A stretch of DNA of 64,000 nucleotides, from the NCBI GenBank assembly GCA_038496445.1, contig JALMLS010000257.1:49069-113068 (forward strand). Reading direction: 5' to 3'. The translations under genes and the position numbers were made by a program. A model generated the notes under the pieces. That model saw nothing but the letters and a program-made list of their open reading frames with translations, had not been told where the DNA came from and searched no databases. This document shows positions 39,196 to 50,127 of this stretch, in pieces. Each line of letters begins with the position of its first letter. Position 1 is the stretch's first letter. Source of the DNA: Trichosphaerium sp. ATCC 40318. Lineage: Eukaryota > Protista > Tubulinea.

Positions 39196-40678
39196 ATGCA
39201 TTGCGCTTCCCTACTTGTGTTTCTTTGTTTTAGAACTCCATCAAACAATGCAGCCGAAATGGTTACTAAGCAATTATGTATTATATTACTCCGAGTATTA
39301 AAGCAGTGCATGGGTTACTAGACTATAATCTACTACAATACAGTCTTTACAATTGACTAGGCAAGCAAATCGACATGAAAATCTACAGTTACGCTGAACC
39401 TATACTGCTCCAGTCAAGTCTATTTTGTTGTGATAACGAAAGAATACTAGCTTCAATCTCACTATGTCCGCTGCATTTAATAGGAAGATCCTATATCAGT
39501 ACTTTCTTCATCCACATTTTGTATTCATTACTATGTTCCAAGCGGTAAAAAGCGGTAAAAACTGGTAAAAAACAGGAATCTGTTCCTGGAGTATGTAATC
39601 CAAAGTATATCCTTGATGTAGCTACTACACTTACTGTTAGGTGCTCCTGTATGAACAAAGAAAAGACACCACCTGTAGTCGTATGATGTTCAAAATGTAG
39701 AGCATGTCAGGCTCTGTACATGCCTAGACTTAATCGCGTTTACGTTTTACGCTCACCTGTTCATATCCTCACAGTTCAACAGTCAAGGTTTCAAATGATA
39801 TTGCTGTATTAACTTATTATCGTGTGAGATTTATCGGACTCACACATTAGCATTCCTCTAACAACCAAATGATTAGCTTCAAGGGCTTAAGAATATCGTA
39901 TCAAGCACTTTGAAACGATACCTTAAGTTGGTAGCACTTTTTCACAACGTGTATTAAACGCCAAACCTTGCTACCAGTGCGAAATTATGTCTAGCTAACT
40001 TAGGGGTAGTGGCTTGCTTGAGCTTCGCTGGTTATTGGTTATCTTGTGCGTTGTAGATTGATAAGTACATTTTGATTAAACATAGTAATCATAAAAGCCT
40101 TAAGATAGTACCTAAGTCCATTTCCACCACTAATCGTACCACGTAGAACAATGTAACATTAATTATTAATGTGATTACATTGTTCAAAAGCTCACACATT
40201 TTTTCGAACAAAATGGCTAAAATGTCTTGTCGTTACCAGGTAACGTTCTTTAACACCTCATGTCTACCATGGTTCGAAATTTCCGGAGAATTTCCTTCGA
40301 ACGCTGTTCGAAAAAAAAAGAACTATTCACATTATTTCAACACCACATCGCTGTCGCAGGTACAACTCAAATTAAGTAAGCGCCACTTCGTATTACAGTT
40401 TTTTGAGCTATCACGTGATAAAAAGAGCCAAAAGGCACGTATCAACCTGATTTTATTTTAATATACACAAAACCGCTCTATGCGCTAGTGGAGCGTGAGT
40501 ATTTGGGTAAATTGAAGAAAAACCAAACAGAAAAAACGCAACAACTTACGACTGTTTACTCACGCAAGTAAATAAACAGCTTTTCTTGAGCGAACCGTCT
40601 CGGACTTGGAATGCATAACTCACAATATTTAGTAGAAATTTCACTAACTTAAAGTATCGACGTCAGTAGCCACAGCTC

Positions 40679-43600
40679 ATGTCAAACCAGGACAAAGAAA
40701 AAAAAGAGAAATTAAAAGGTAATAACAATAAAATTCTACAGTTTTCAGGTTTGTGTACATGGTGGTACAGATATCAACCCCAATTAGGTTGTATTGGTTT
40801 ATACAATATTGCATCCTTGTGTTTACATGAAAAAATGCAGTTGTCGGATGCTAATGCTGATATCAATGCTGTAGATAAACATGGCAAGACAGCTTTACAT
40901 CGTGCAGGTACAGTGTCGTAAACCTACAATGCGTTACTAACATTTCTCAGCACAGAAAGGACATATAGATATTGTTAAATTGCTATTGGATGCTAATGCT
41001 GATATCAATGTTGTAGATAATTATGGCTGGACAGCATTACATCGTGCAGGTACAGCATTGTAAATATACAATTTTCTCACATTTTTCTCAGCATGGGATG
41101 GACACACAGATATTGTTAACTTGCTATTGGATGCTAATGCTGATATCAATGTTGTAGATAATTATGGCTGGACAGCATTACATCGTGCAGGTACAGTGTC
41201 GTAAATCTACAATGCGTTACTAACATTTCTTAGCACAGAAAGGACATATAGATATTGTTAACTTGCTGTTGGATGCTAACGCAAATATCAACACTGTAGA
41301 TAAGCATGGCAAAACAGCTTTACATCGTGCAGGTACAGCATTGTAAATCTACAATGAGTTACTCACATTTTTCAGCACAGAAAGAACATATTGATATTGT
41401 TAAAGTGTTGTTGGATGCTAATGCAAATATCAATGCCATAGATAATGATGGCCAAACAGCTTTACATCGTGCAGGTACAGTGTGGTAAATATACAGTGCA
41501 CTACTCACATTTCTCAGAACATATAGATATTGTTAAAGCGTTGTTGGATTCTAATGCAAATATCAACGCTGTAGATAATGATGGCCAAACAGCTTTATAT
41601 GACGCAGGTACAGTGTTGTAAACATATGATATACTCACACTTCTCAGCATTGCTTGGAAACACAGATATTGTTAAATTGTTGTTGGATGCTAACGCTGAT
41701 ATCAATGTTGTAGATAATTATGGTTGTACAGCGTTACATTGTGCAGGTACAGCATTGTAAATATATGATATACTCACACTTCTCAGCATGGGATGGACAC
41801 AGAGATATTGTTAAATTGCTATTGGATGCTAATGCAAATGTCAATGTTGTAGATAATGATGGTTGGACAGCTTTACACTATGCAGGTACGTTGCTGTAAG
41901 ACATCTCTACATATTGATGACTTTTAATTGTTACACTTAGCCAAATATGGATACAGCGGAGTTATTAAAGTATTAATTAAATACCATATAAACATTGACA
42001 CAATTGATAACAAAGGATGGACTCCTTTACTTTATGCAGGTGATTACACATTACTACAATACAATGATATGTTAACACTATTATTAGCACAGCATAAACA
42101 AACCTCAGCATTTCTCATTTTGTCAAATGCAAGTGATATTTTCATGCATGCCATGAGTAACCAAACAATTGATTTTCAAACTGTACTGATGAAGGTGGTT
42201 GACAATGATCCTGCTTACACCAATGTGTTTGAAACTCTCTTGACACGCTTTCCAAATGATCAACAACAAAGCCAGAGACTATGGCTATCATACGCATATA
42301 CAGATAATCCACAATGGAGATGCAATCTTGCAAAATGGTTACAGTACTTGGTACTCCTTTTTAATATCAAACAAATGTTGACTAATCATACCTCAAGCCT
42401 ACACGCCATTACTTCAAACTTGCAATGCAAAAAGGCATTTGTGCATTGATTTGTTCTTACAATCGCATATTTGTGCAATCTTCAGTACAGACATTACTAA
42501 CTGTTTCAAATTATTTATGTGTTATTAATAGAGCTTTTGGGTTAAACACGGAGAACTGATGGAAGGTATTTTATTTGATTTACCAGATGACATGTGGAGT
42601 AAAAAACAAACTGGTACAGTTGCTGAACTGTGTGCAAAAGAAGGGTGGTGTATAAACTCCATTCAACCAGAGAAACAAGATGAAGGTACATTGTCAAATG
42701 GTTTACAACACTTGTTTACTTTTGTACAGCTTTTTGTCACAATGATTTCATATGCAGCTATTGTGATAAACACAGACAAAGCGTAGATACTGTATGTACT
42801 TGACTATTACATTCTTTGTAACATGTGAGAAGGCTATTTGTAACGTTGACCTCAAATGTAAGAGAAGCTCTTATACTATTGAGGCTATCATTCCAAATAC
42901 AGACTTAAGCGACACCACAGCAGGTACAAGCAAAAACATCACTATTATTTTAATCATTTGACATTATCAAGGATTAAATAGTACAACAGCTTGGGGATTA
43001 AACCCACGATTGGATTATGCACATGGTTGGGATAGATCCAACATTAAGTTGAGTTTGTTCATGTTTCTATTGTGTTTAACAACAACAAAGGGGATTCGTT
43101 GAAAAGGCAACGCATTATAGAACATTGGATCTTTTCAACAAGACTGACACTGTAGCCAAAAGAGAATTGGCATTTCTCCATGAACAACTGTCTAAAATGC
43201 ATGGATACAATCAAGTCACTGTTGTATCAGCACAACTTGTATGCAATGATGTCTTACTTAGAAACTTTGGCATGTACAACACAATACTTAAACACAGGCA
43301 CCAGTACACATACTAGCTTACAAAAAGTATTAGCTAATCACTTCGGTATTATAGAGAACTGCCTAAACAATTTTGTAAAAAAGATTGGTATGCTAATAGA
43401 ACAAGTATTGCCAACAAGTTTTCATCTTTGACTGCTAACAAAAGCCCAGCCAATAACACAGACGAGGTACCTACTGCCATAATATTAATTCAAATTGACC
43501 AATTGTTTAGTTACCTGTTGTGTTAATGGTGCACGGAACAAGTCCTGAGGCCGCTGAGAGTATTGTAAAAGCTGGGTTTGGAACTGTATGTTCATTGGAT

Positions 43601-44534
43601 GCTGGATATTATGGACAAGGAATCTACTTTACAGTACTACTAACGTCAGTAAGTATTCTTCTTCTGATATTTTACAATAGAACAGTATCACATATGCTTG
43701 TGTTTATGACCAATTCTCAACTGAAAAAACACTCATTTTGAGTCTAGTTACTCCTGGCAACATATACCCAGTACAAATACAAGTTGCTAAATGTTATTTA
43801 CACCAGTACTAGGTAATAGAAAACCCTGGAGATAATGTCAACTTTCAGGGTAAGCCCATTAAACCAGGATATCAAAGTCATTATGCAGTGGTAAACAAAA
43901 AGGGGCAAGCAGTAAAAGACAACATTGATAAGTATCCTTATGATGAGCTGGTTGTGGCTCAAGGTAACATCAAAACTGTCTATAATGCCCATATTTATTG
44001 TTGGTTTAGATGTTCAAGCTGTTGCACGTTATGTCATTAAGGTTGTACAGAAATCAAAGAGAAAGGGTCAACAAAAAACAGCAATGAAGAAATCAGCCAA
44101 GAATACCAAGACGTCCACAATTATCAATAAACTGGTAGAAAAAAAAGATGTCAGCGAGTTGAATGACTTGTCCGATGAGGAAAATGGGTCAAATGAGTTT
44201 TCTGAGGACTCTTTCATAACTGAACGGTAATACTACAAACGTAAAACATAGCTACTAATTTACTCCACAAAGACAATTATGGGCAGCTGTAAAGCCAAAT
44301 CAACCTGAACAAGATCAGTTTGTAACACCCGAAAACAAAGAGGTCAAGAATCTAAAGCAAGACCTTGAGGAGTCAAAAAAAAAACTGCAAGAGATGAACG
44401 CACTGCTTCAAAAAACCAATGCCAAATATGAGGAAGCCAACACCAAGATCGTTAAACTTGAACAAGAAAATGCTAAACTAGAGGAAAGCAACTCTAAACT
44501 ACTTGCTGAATTGCAAGCTTTGAGAGCAATGTGA
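40679..44534 (+). CDS. Ankyrin-repeat + PARP-like ADP-ribosyltransferase (H-Y-E) + C-terminal coiled coil (multi-exon)
   Basis: 9 ankyrin exons; spliced catalytic domain MVHGTS...AGFG...DAGYYGQGIYFT|NSITYA...TPGNIYP|V...GYQSHY...YDELVV; frame traced without stops from the array to the end; the 5'-most exon structure is uncertain. Confidence 0.85.
40841..42039 (+). repeat. Tandem exon+intron array (about 140-nt units), one ankyrin repeat per exon
   Basis: Exons 40951-41049, 41092-41190, 41234-41332, 41376-41474, 41648-41746, 41787-41885 and 41941-42039 are 99 nt; 41518-41607 is 90 nt; all phase 1; seven introns of 40-43 nt are mutually similar. Confidence 0.95.
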
Positions 44535-45033
44535 GCTAATCACTCACCATGAGTTGAAAGTCTGTTTTTGTACTGTCTTGTTCCAAATAAATTCCAACTC
44601 TTTGTTACGGCCTTTACAAAGTGTTCTAGCGGATTGCAAAAAGAAGGTGAACCGCCTGTGCATGATTGTTAAAAAACCATAGTGTTGCAAAGACGTACAA
44701 TGTACGCCTATTGGAATACCAAAAGGCCGTAGAACACTTGATATAATGCCATTGCCTGTGATTCTGATGTTGAAAGAAATTGGTAACAGCGGTTGTTCCG
44801 ATCGGATTGTAAGGGAGTAAAGCGCAAAACCCCTATTTTTTCTTGTATCTTCTGATATATGCAACACATCTTACTGAGATGTTACAATTAGCACGTGTAT
44901 TACCGAAAAAAGAGTTCCTGGATCACCTGCATTTGTTTGTGAAGAAGGAAACTATGTCTTACAATATTGTGATATAATTACATGGATTGGATGATGTTAA
45001 CACAATTGCAGATCTTTATTTTGTTGGCATTTA

Positions 45034-45495
45034 TTAAGCCATGTGTTGTATTAGAGTACTTAAAAAGTAATGGTGTTCTTGTGTATCTTGATGTATGTTT
45101 ATATTATCTGTAAGAGATGTGTTAAGGCACTTCATTGACGTTGTCTTTGTTGTTATAAAAAGGTCATTGTTGATAGCTGACAAGGTCCAAAAACCATCAA
45201 AGTGATAAGTCATTCTATCAATTCCATTATCAGTTTTCCGTTCGTGTATAAAAGATCTATCTCCATTGAGTACAAGCTTTGATATGCAATTATCTATCCC
45301 AACCGAATTATCAAACAACAGCTCAGTACTGAATAAGCAGGAAACGGTTTGATAGACTTTGTTTAGTCTTCCTAGTGTGCAGTGTCTGTACATTCTTGAA
45401 ACACGAGATAGATGAAACAGAGTCTGTATATCACATACAGATCCAATGAGATAAGCAATATCATATCCAAGTGATGTTAAAGATGTTGGTGTCAT
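45034..45495 (-). CDS. Small F-box-like hypothetical protein
   Basis: Intronless ORF starting SLTSLGYDIAYLIGSVCDIQTLFHLSRVSRMYR (F-box-like). Confidence 0.55.
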   Translation of the reverse strand: MTPTSLTSLGYDIAYLIGSVCDIQTLFHLSRVSRMYRHCTLGRLNKVYQTVSCLFSTELLFDNSVGIDNCISKLVLNGDRSFIHERKTDNGIDRMTYHFDGFWTLSAINNDLFITTKTTSMKCLNTSLTDNINIHQDTQEHHYFLSTLIQHMA

Positions 45496-46077
45496 TGTGT
45501 AAAACAAGTCGATATGATTTTCCCAAACCTTAAAACGGTTGAAAGTTGTTCACTGAAGGCATCTTTTTACCGTAAACACTGGATAACGAAATGACAAATG
45601 GTCTAAATGGTTGTATGTTTAACGCCACCTGCCTGAAACAAGCGCAGCTGTGCTTGGCTGATTTTTTCGATTATGGTAGCTATTTAGACTAATTCTAGTA
45701 TCAAAATAACACTTGCTTATTTTCTTGGCTGCAGTGGGTGTTGTATGAAAAGGTCATAAGTACGTAGAGCATAACATGACATGGCGCTACAAGTAATAAC
45801 AATTGTCTGTCGTTGGGTCGATTATTCTTGATTTAAATGTTATTATTTTGTCATCCAACTGAAACTTTTTTTAACGTTTTTTTACCTAAGAATGGTATGT
45901 AACATGAGGTAGCCGTACCCCGTACATATTTTGTGTTAAATCTCTTATTTACAATTCTACAACACCTCCCCTATGGTAGACTGTTCACCACACTGTGACT
46001 ATCTATCCGTGCGCAACAAAACAATCGCATCGACAGATCTTGTGCAAATCAACTTGTACAACAATGTCTGTTGAATG

Positions 46078-46818
46078 TAGAGATGGCAGAAATACCGGTC
46101 CGAACCGGTTCCGGACCGAAACGCAAAAGACCGGTCCGTAAACGGTCCAAACGGTCCACTGTCAAAGGGAGTACCCTTGGAAAATCGGAAAAATAGCCGA
46201 AAAAGGGACTTTTGTCGAAGGGTACTCCCTTGGATTGTTATCGGTCCAAACGGTCCCTGTCACAAAATCTCAGAACCCTCCATCTATTGACCTACTCACT
46301 GTGTGCATGCACAAAAGGTGGCTGTACACTTTTTGTGGCAGGTTTGAATATCACCACTTTTTTTTTTTCATACTATTATTTCGCGTAAGAATGCACTTGA
46401 TATGTTTCTCTACGCGCACAAAGTGATAAAAAGATGTTTGGGTGAAAGTGTAGAAAGTAGCTAACAGCACGTGATTTTGTTCCAAATGTCAAAATAACTC
46501 ACCACAGGCACATTTTGACAAAAAAGTAGCGGTTAGGCCAGCATGACCTTGTTTTACCGCCTAAACAGTAATTTTGTTAAAACGGGCTGATTGAGGGCTT
46601 TCAACCACTCTATGTGTAGAACTCTCAATTTTAAGGCGTTTCAGGCTACTTTTATTCAAAATAAAGTGGCTGGTGGTTCAAAAAGAAGCCACTTACGAAA
46701 CAACTAACTCGTGTTCACTGAATGCATACTGCTCTTGTTCTAAATCACGGACCGGTTACGGACCGAAAACCGATATATTGAAACCGGACCGGTATCGGAC
46801 CGGTATTTGCCACCTCTA
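46078..46818. mobile_element. Non-autonomous hAT-superfamily DNA transposon (MITE/Ds-like), 741 bp
   Basis: Imperfect TIRs TAGAG(A/G)TGGCA..AATACCGGTCCGA; perfect 8-bp TSD GTTGAATG at 46070-46077 and 46819-46826; subterminal CGGTCC/GGACCG repeats; no transposase ORF. Confidence 0.92.
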
Positions 46819-47072
46819 GTTGAATGATATGAAGTATGTTTTAAAAGAAATTTCCCATCTTCGAACTTGGTCGGCTTTTATAGCCTTACCACATGATCAA
46901 CGCTAAGGGCAGAGGCTCGCTTCCTCACTGTTACGGTCCGGCAAAGTAGCTGGCGTTCCTGAAAGTCTTTCCTCGCATTGGGAGCTCTTGATGGGTAACA
47001 TTGTATGTCTGTCTTAGAACAAGCCGCTTCAAGGAATGCAGACAAATAAAAGTAAAGTAAAGTAAAAGACAT

Positions 47073-49656
47073 TTATTTCTTTTTGATATCAATTTCAAAT
47101 TGTCCTAAGAAATTCTCAGATTTTACAGTACCAGAAACTTTATCTGGTTTAGTAATTGTTCCTTTATATTCACCAAGTTCAACAGCATCTTCATCACCAT
47201 CAACTACCTCCAGTTCATTGAACTCAACCTTGTTATTCTTTGCAATACCTAACGGAAGAAAAATCGTAAAAAAATAAGAAAAAAAATTAGTCGTAACTCA
47301 CCTTCGAATTTTGTCTTAACATTCAAAGATGTCCAAGATAGGTTACCCTCAATCTTACCAGCTTTTGTCTTTTTGGTAATAAGCCAATCAAATTTATAAT
47401 TGCTTTGAAATGATCCCTTCCATTGAGACCTCGTTTTAATAAACGGAAGGTTCTTATCTAAAGAAAAACAAAAAAAATTAGCTTTTGAATAAGAAAGTGT
47501 ATGCACGTGTTGAGACGCTTTATTTTTCTGAAAAAATTCTCTACAGAGAAGACGTAGCAGAAATACACCATCATTGGGTGAATAAAAATAAGAAATTGCT
47601 GTGAGCGTAACAACAAGGAACGAACTAGGTATGTTTTGAAAAAAACTCTAAGAAATTAAAACAGGCTACAATACTTGAGAAAGAAAACAAAGAAAACAAT
47701 GTATACGAACCTGACTTGTCGCTTTTACTGAAAGTAAGTGAGAAATTACCATCATCAACATTTCCTGCTATTTTCTTGCCCTACACTCTATATTAAAAAC
47801 AAAACAAAAATCAAACAAAAAAAATGACATCAGTATCCCCGCAGTGCTTTTGCAAAAAGAAATTCTAAAGCTACACAAAAGAGCTACTTCAGTTTGAACA
47901 AAGATATCTTGATTTTATAAAAAAACGTTCTTCCACAAACTTGTACAACAGAAAGAGAATCAAAACAAAAAACATTGTACTGACGACGATGATGTGACAC
48001 TTAAACTGCCGACATCACTGACTCCACAGTACTAACAAATAAGATAGAACATACCTCAGTCAGTTTTCCCATATACCGGCGTGGGAGACCTTCCATAGAC
48101 TTATTACCAGAAATAACTTCATACTCAACCAACAGAATACCATCATTAGCTTGGCACTCTCCAACAAATCTTGTCTTAGTATCTACAAAACACTTTAGTA
48201 AGCTGATTGTTTTTAAAAGCAAGATCACAATACAATTCTTTATGACGGTATAGCAAAATAAAAGACGTACTGTTCTCAGTAGGCCATCGTAATTCCCCAA
48301 AAAATCTTCCATTTGCACTGACATGGTATACACGCATATAAAGCGGTTGTACACTGTCTCCTGAGTAAATACCAGCCCAAATACTACCTGCTTCAAGGTT
48401 ACCAGCATCATAAGGCTCTTTTGGTTCAGAAGAAGGCAGTGTACCTACATAATCAAATATGTTACGGACTTCCTTGACAATGCAAACTGTAAAAAAGTTC
48501 AAGAAAAAAAAAGCTTTAGAAAATTTCATCCAAAACTACGGAACAACACGATCATTCTACGTTTCTTCTGTCTGTATCCAAAAAAATACGTACCACCATT
48601 ACTAGGCTTTGCTAGTTTTATCTTCTTCTTAGGCGGTTCAATCTCACTCTCATCAAAAACAAACAATTTTCTTTTTGTTCCTCTAACTGGAGTGTAATAT
48701 TCCTACAGAAAAAAATAAGAAAACAAGCACATGTCATCACTTAAAACTATCACTCTTTAAACATTTTGTATATAGCATTAATGCTATTCAATAACTTGAA
48801 TATACCAAAGCTAGGCGTGACTATATCATAGTATACTATAATATCTCTTTCACTCAATAATAAAACCACGTACAACGTAGTACTCATCAGCTTCCTCTAA
48901 TTGAATTTCCTCAGAGATCAAATCGTATACACAATCTTCTGCTATTATTTGTACACCCATAGCTTCAGCGCGCTCTACATGCCAAGAATACTTCTCCACC
49001 TATACACAGAATCATTAAAGGCTAGTAAAGGTGTTGGAGTGATCACAGGAAACAATCAAAGTTAAGTTGTTCTTAGTGTATACTACTGTTAATTAACACT
49101 ATAATGTACCTCCTCTGCGCTGCATACAGCAAATGTAACCTAACATAAAGTATCAATAAGAATATTCAAAGTATTTATTTTGATGGTTTCGAAAGTGTCA
49201 AAAAGCAAAATGAGATGAACGTGTCACTTAAAGATTTCGCACCTGCTTGGTCAAGAATGGCGTTACAATACCGCCAGCATTTGTGATGTCTTGCACAATA
49301 GTATCTGAATGCTCAGTTTTTCCATATATAACAAAAGTGCATGAATGGAGAGGAGGAGCAGCGACATCCTCGCGTTTGAGCTGTTTTGAAAAATTATTAC
49401 TTTGAAATGAAATTCAATTAGAGTTTTTTGTCGTACACCACGGCGCTTCATTGGATCATCTAGTATAATATAAGAATATTTATGTATTTTATAACGTTAT
49501 GTGAGTTACATTTAAGGACTTTAAAGGCTACAAAATTAAAAAAATGTAAAAGACAAAAAAGTTATTTAAAAACAGCAAAAACGCACCTTGACGTCGTTGT
49601 AGCATTTCGACAAAGTCCACATAGCGCTCACTGGTACATGTTGTAAGTATTGGCAT
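47073..49656 (-). CDS. BRCT-domain protein with two tandem copies of an uncharacterised beta-rich domain (multi-exon)
   Basis: PPLHSCTFVIYGK...ITNAGGIV...VTFAVCS...AEAMGVQIIAEDCVYD (BRCT); repeats W.G...F.GEL.WP...TKTRFVG...EYEV and WKG...IEGNLSW...KTKFEG...ELEV. Confidence 0.65.
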
Positions 49657-50127
49657 AGAATAAACGCGATTTTACCTATCTGTGTTTAACTTCTTTTTTT
49701 TAGCGATGTAAGCTTGCTCAATTCGGTAGTTGACCTACATATAGGGTATTAGAAGCGCACAGCCTAGCGGAAGCGAAAACAAGTTGAAAAAACGGAAACC
49801 GTTTTGGCGCTTTTTTCTGTAGTGCATTTACGCTCAACAACCAACTTATGTGATACCACTGTCTAAAATAATGGCTCTAGAAGCACACTTGAACTTGTTT
49901 TCCTCTAAAGCGTACCACTTTGTCATACTTTACCCATGCTTTATCTCCGTGCCTATAGATCGTACTTTGTAAGTTTCTACAATGCAAAATTTTGTCACTC
50001 GCACCAAAACCACTGACAATTCATAGTATCAAGCTTGTCGCACTTTATTATTAATAATGGCGTTGATTGTTAGAAAAAGTGTGACTTCGCTGAAACAAAA
50101 GCAAACGCATTTGTAATTGATAGCTAA

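Noticed and set aside
39540-39578. Short (AAGCGGTAAA)-like tandem repeat
   Set aside because: Only 3-4 degenerate units, with no TIR or TSD found.
40841-42039. Regular repeat/spacer pattern resembling a CRISPR array
   Set aside because: Units are ankyrin exons with GT-AG introns; eukaryotic context; no cas genes.
42447-42449. Apparent premature TGA in the ankyrin-PARP gene
   Set aside because: An intron at 42351-42398 changes the frame; the spliced frame is open.
49381-49400. Possible 20-nt ultra-short intron
   Set aside because: A consensus GTACG donor further upstream gives an ordinary 56-nt in-frame intron.
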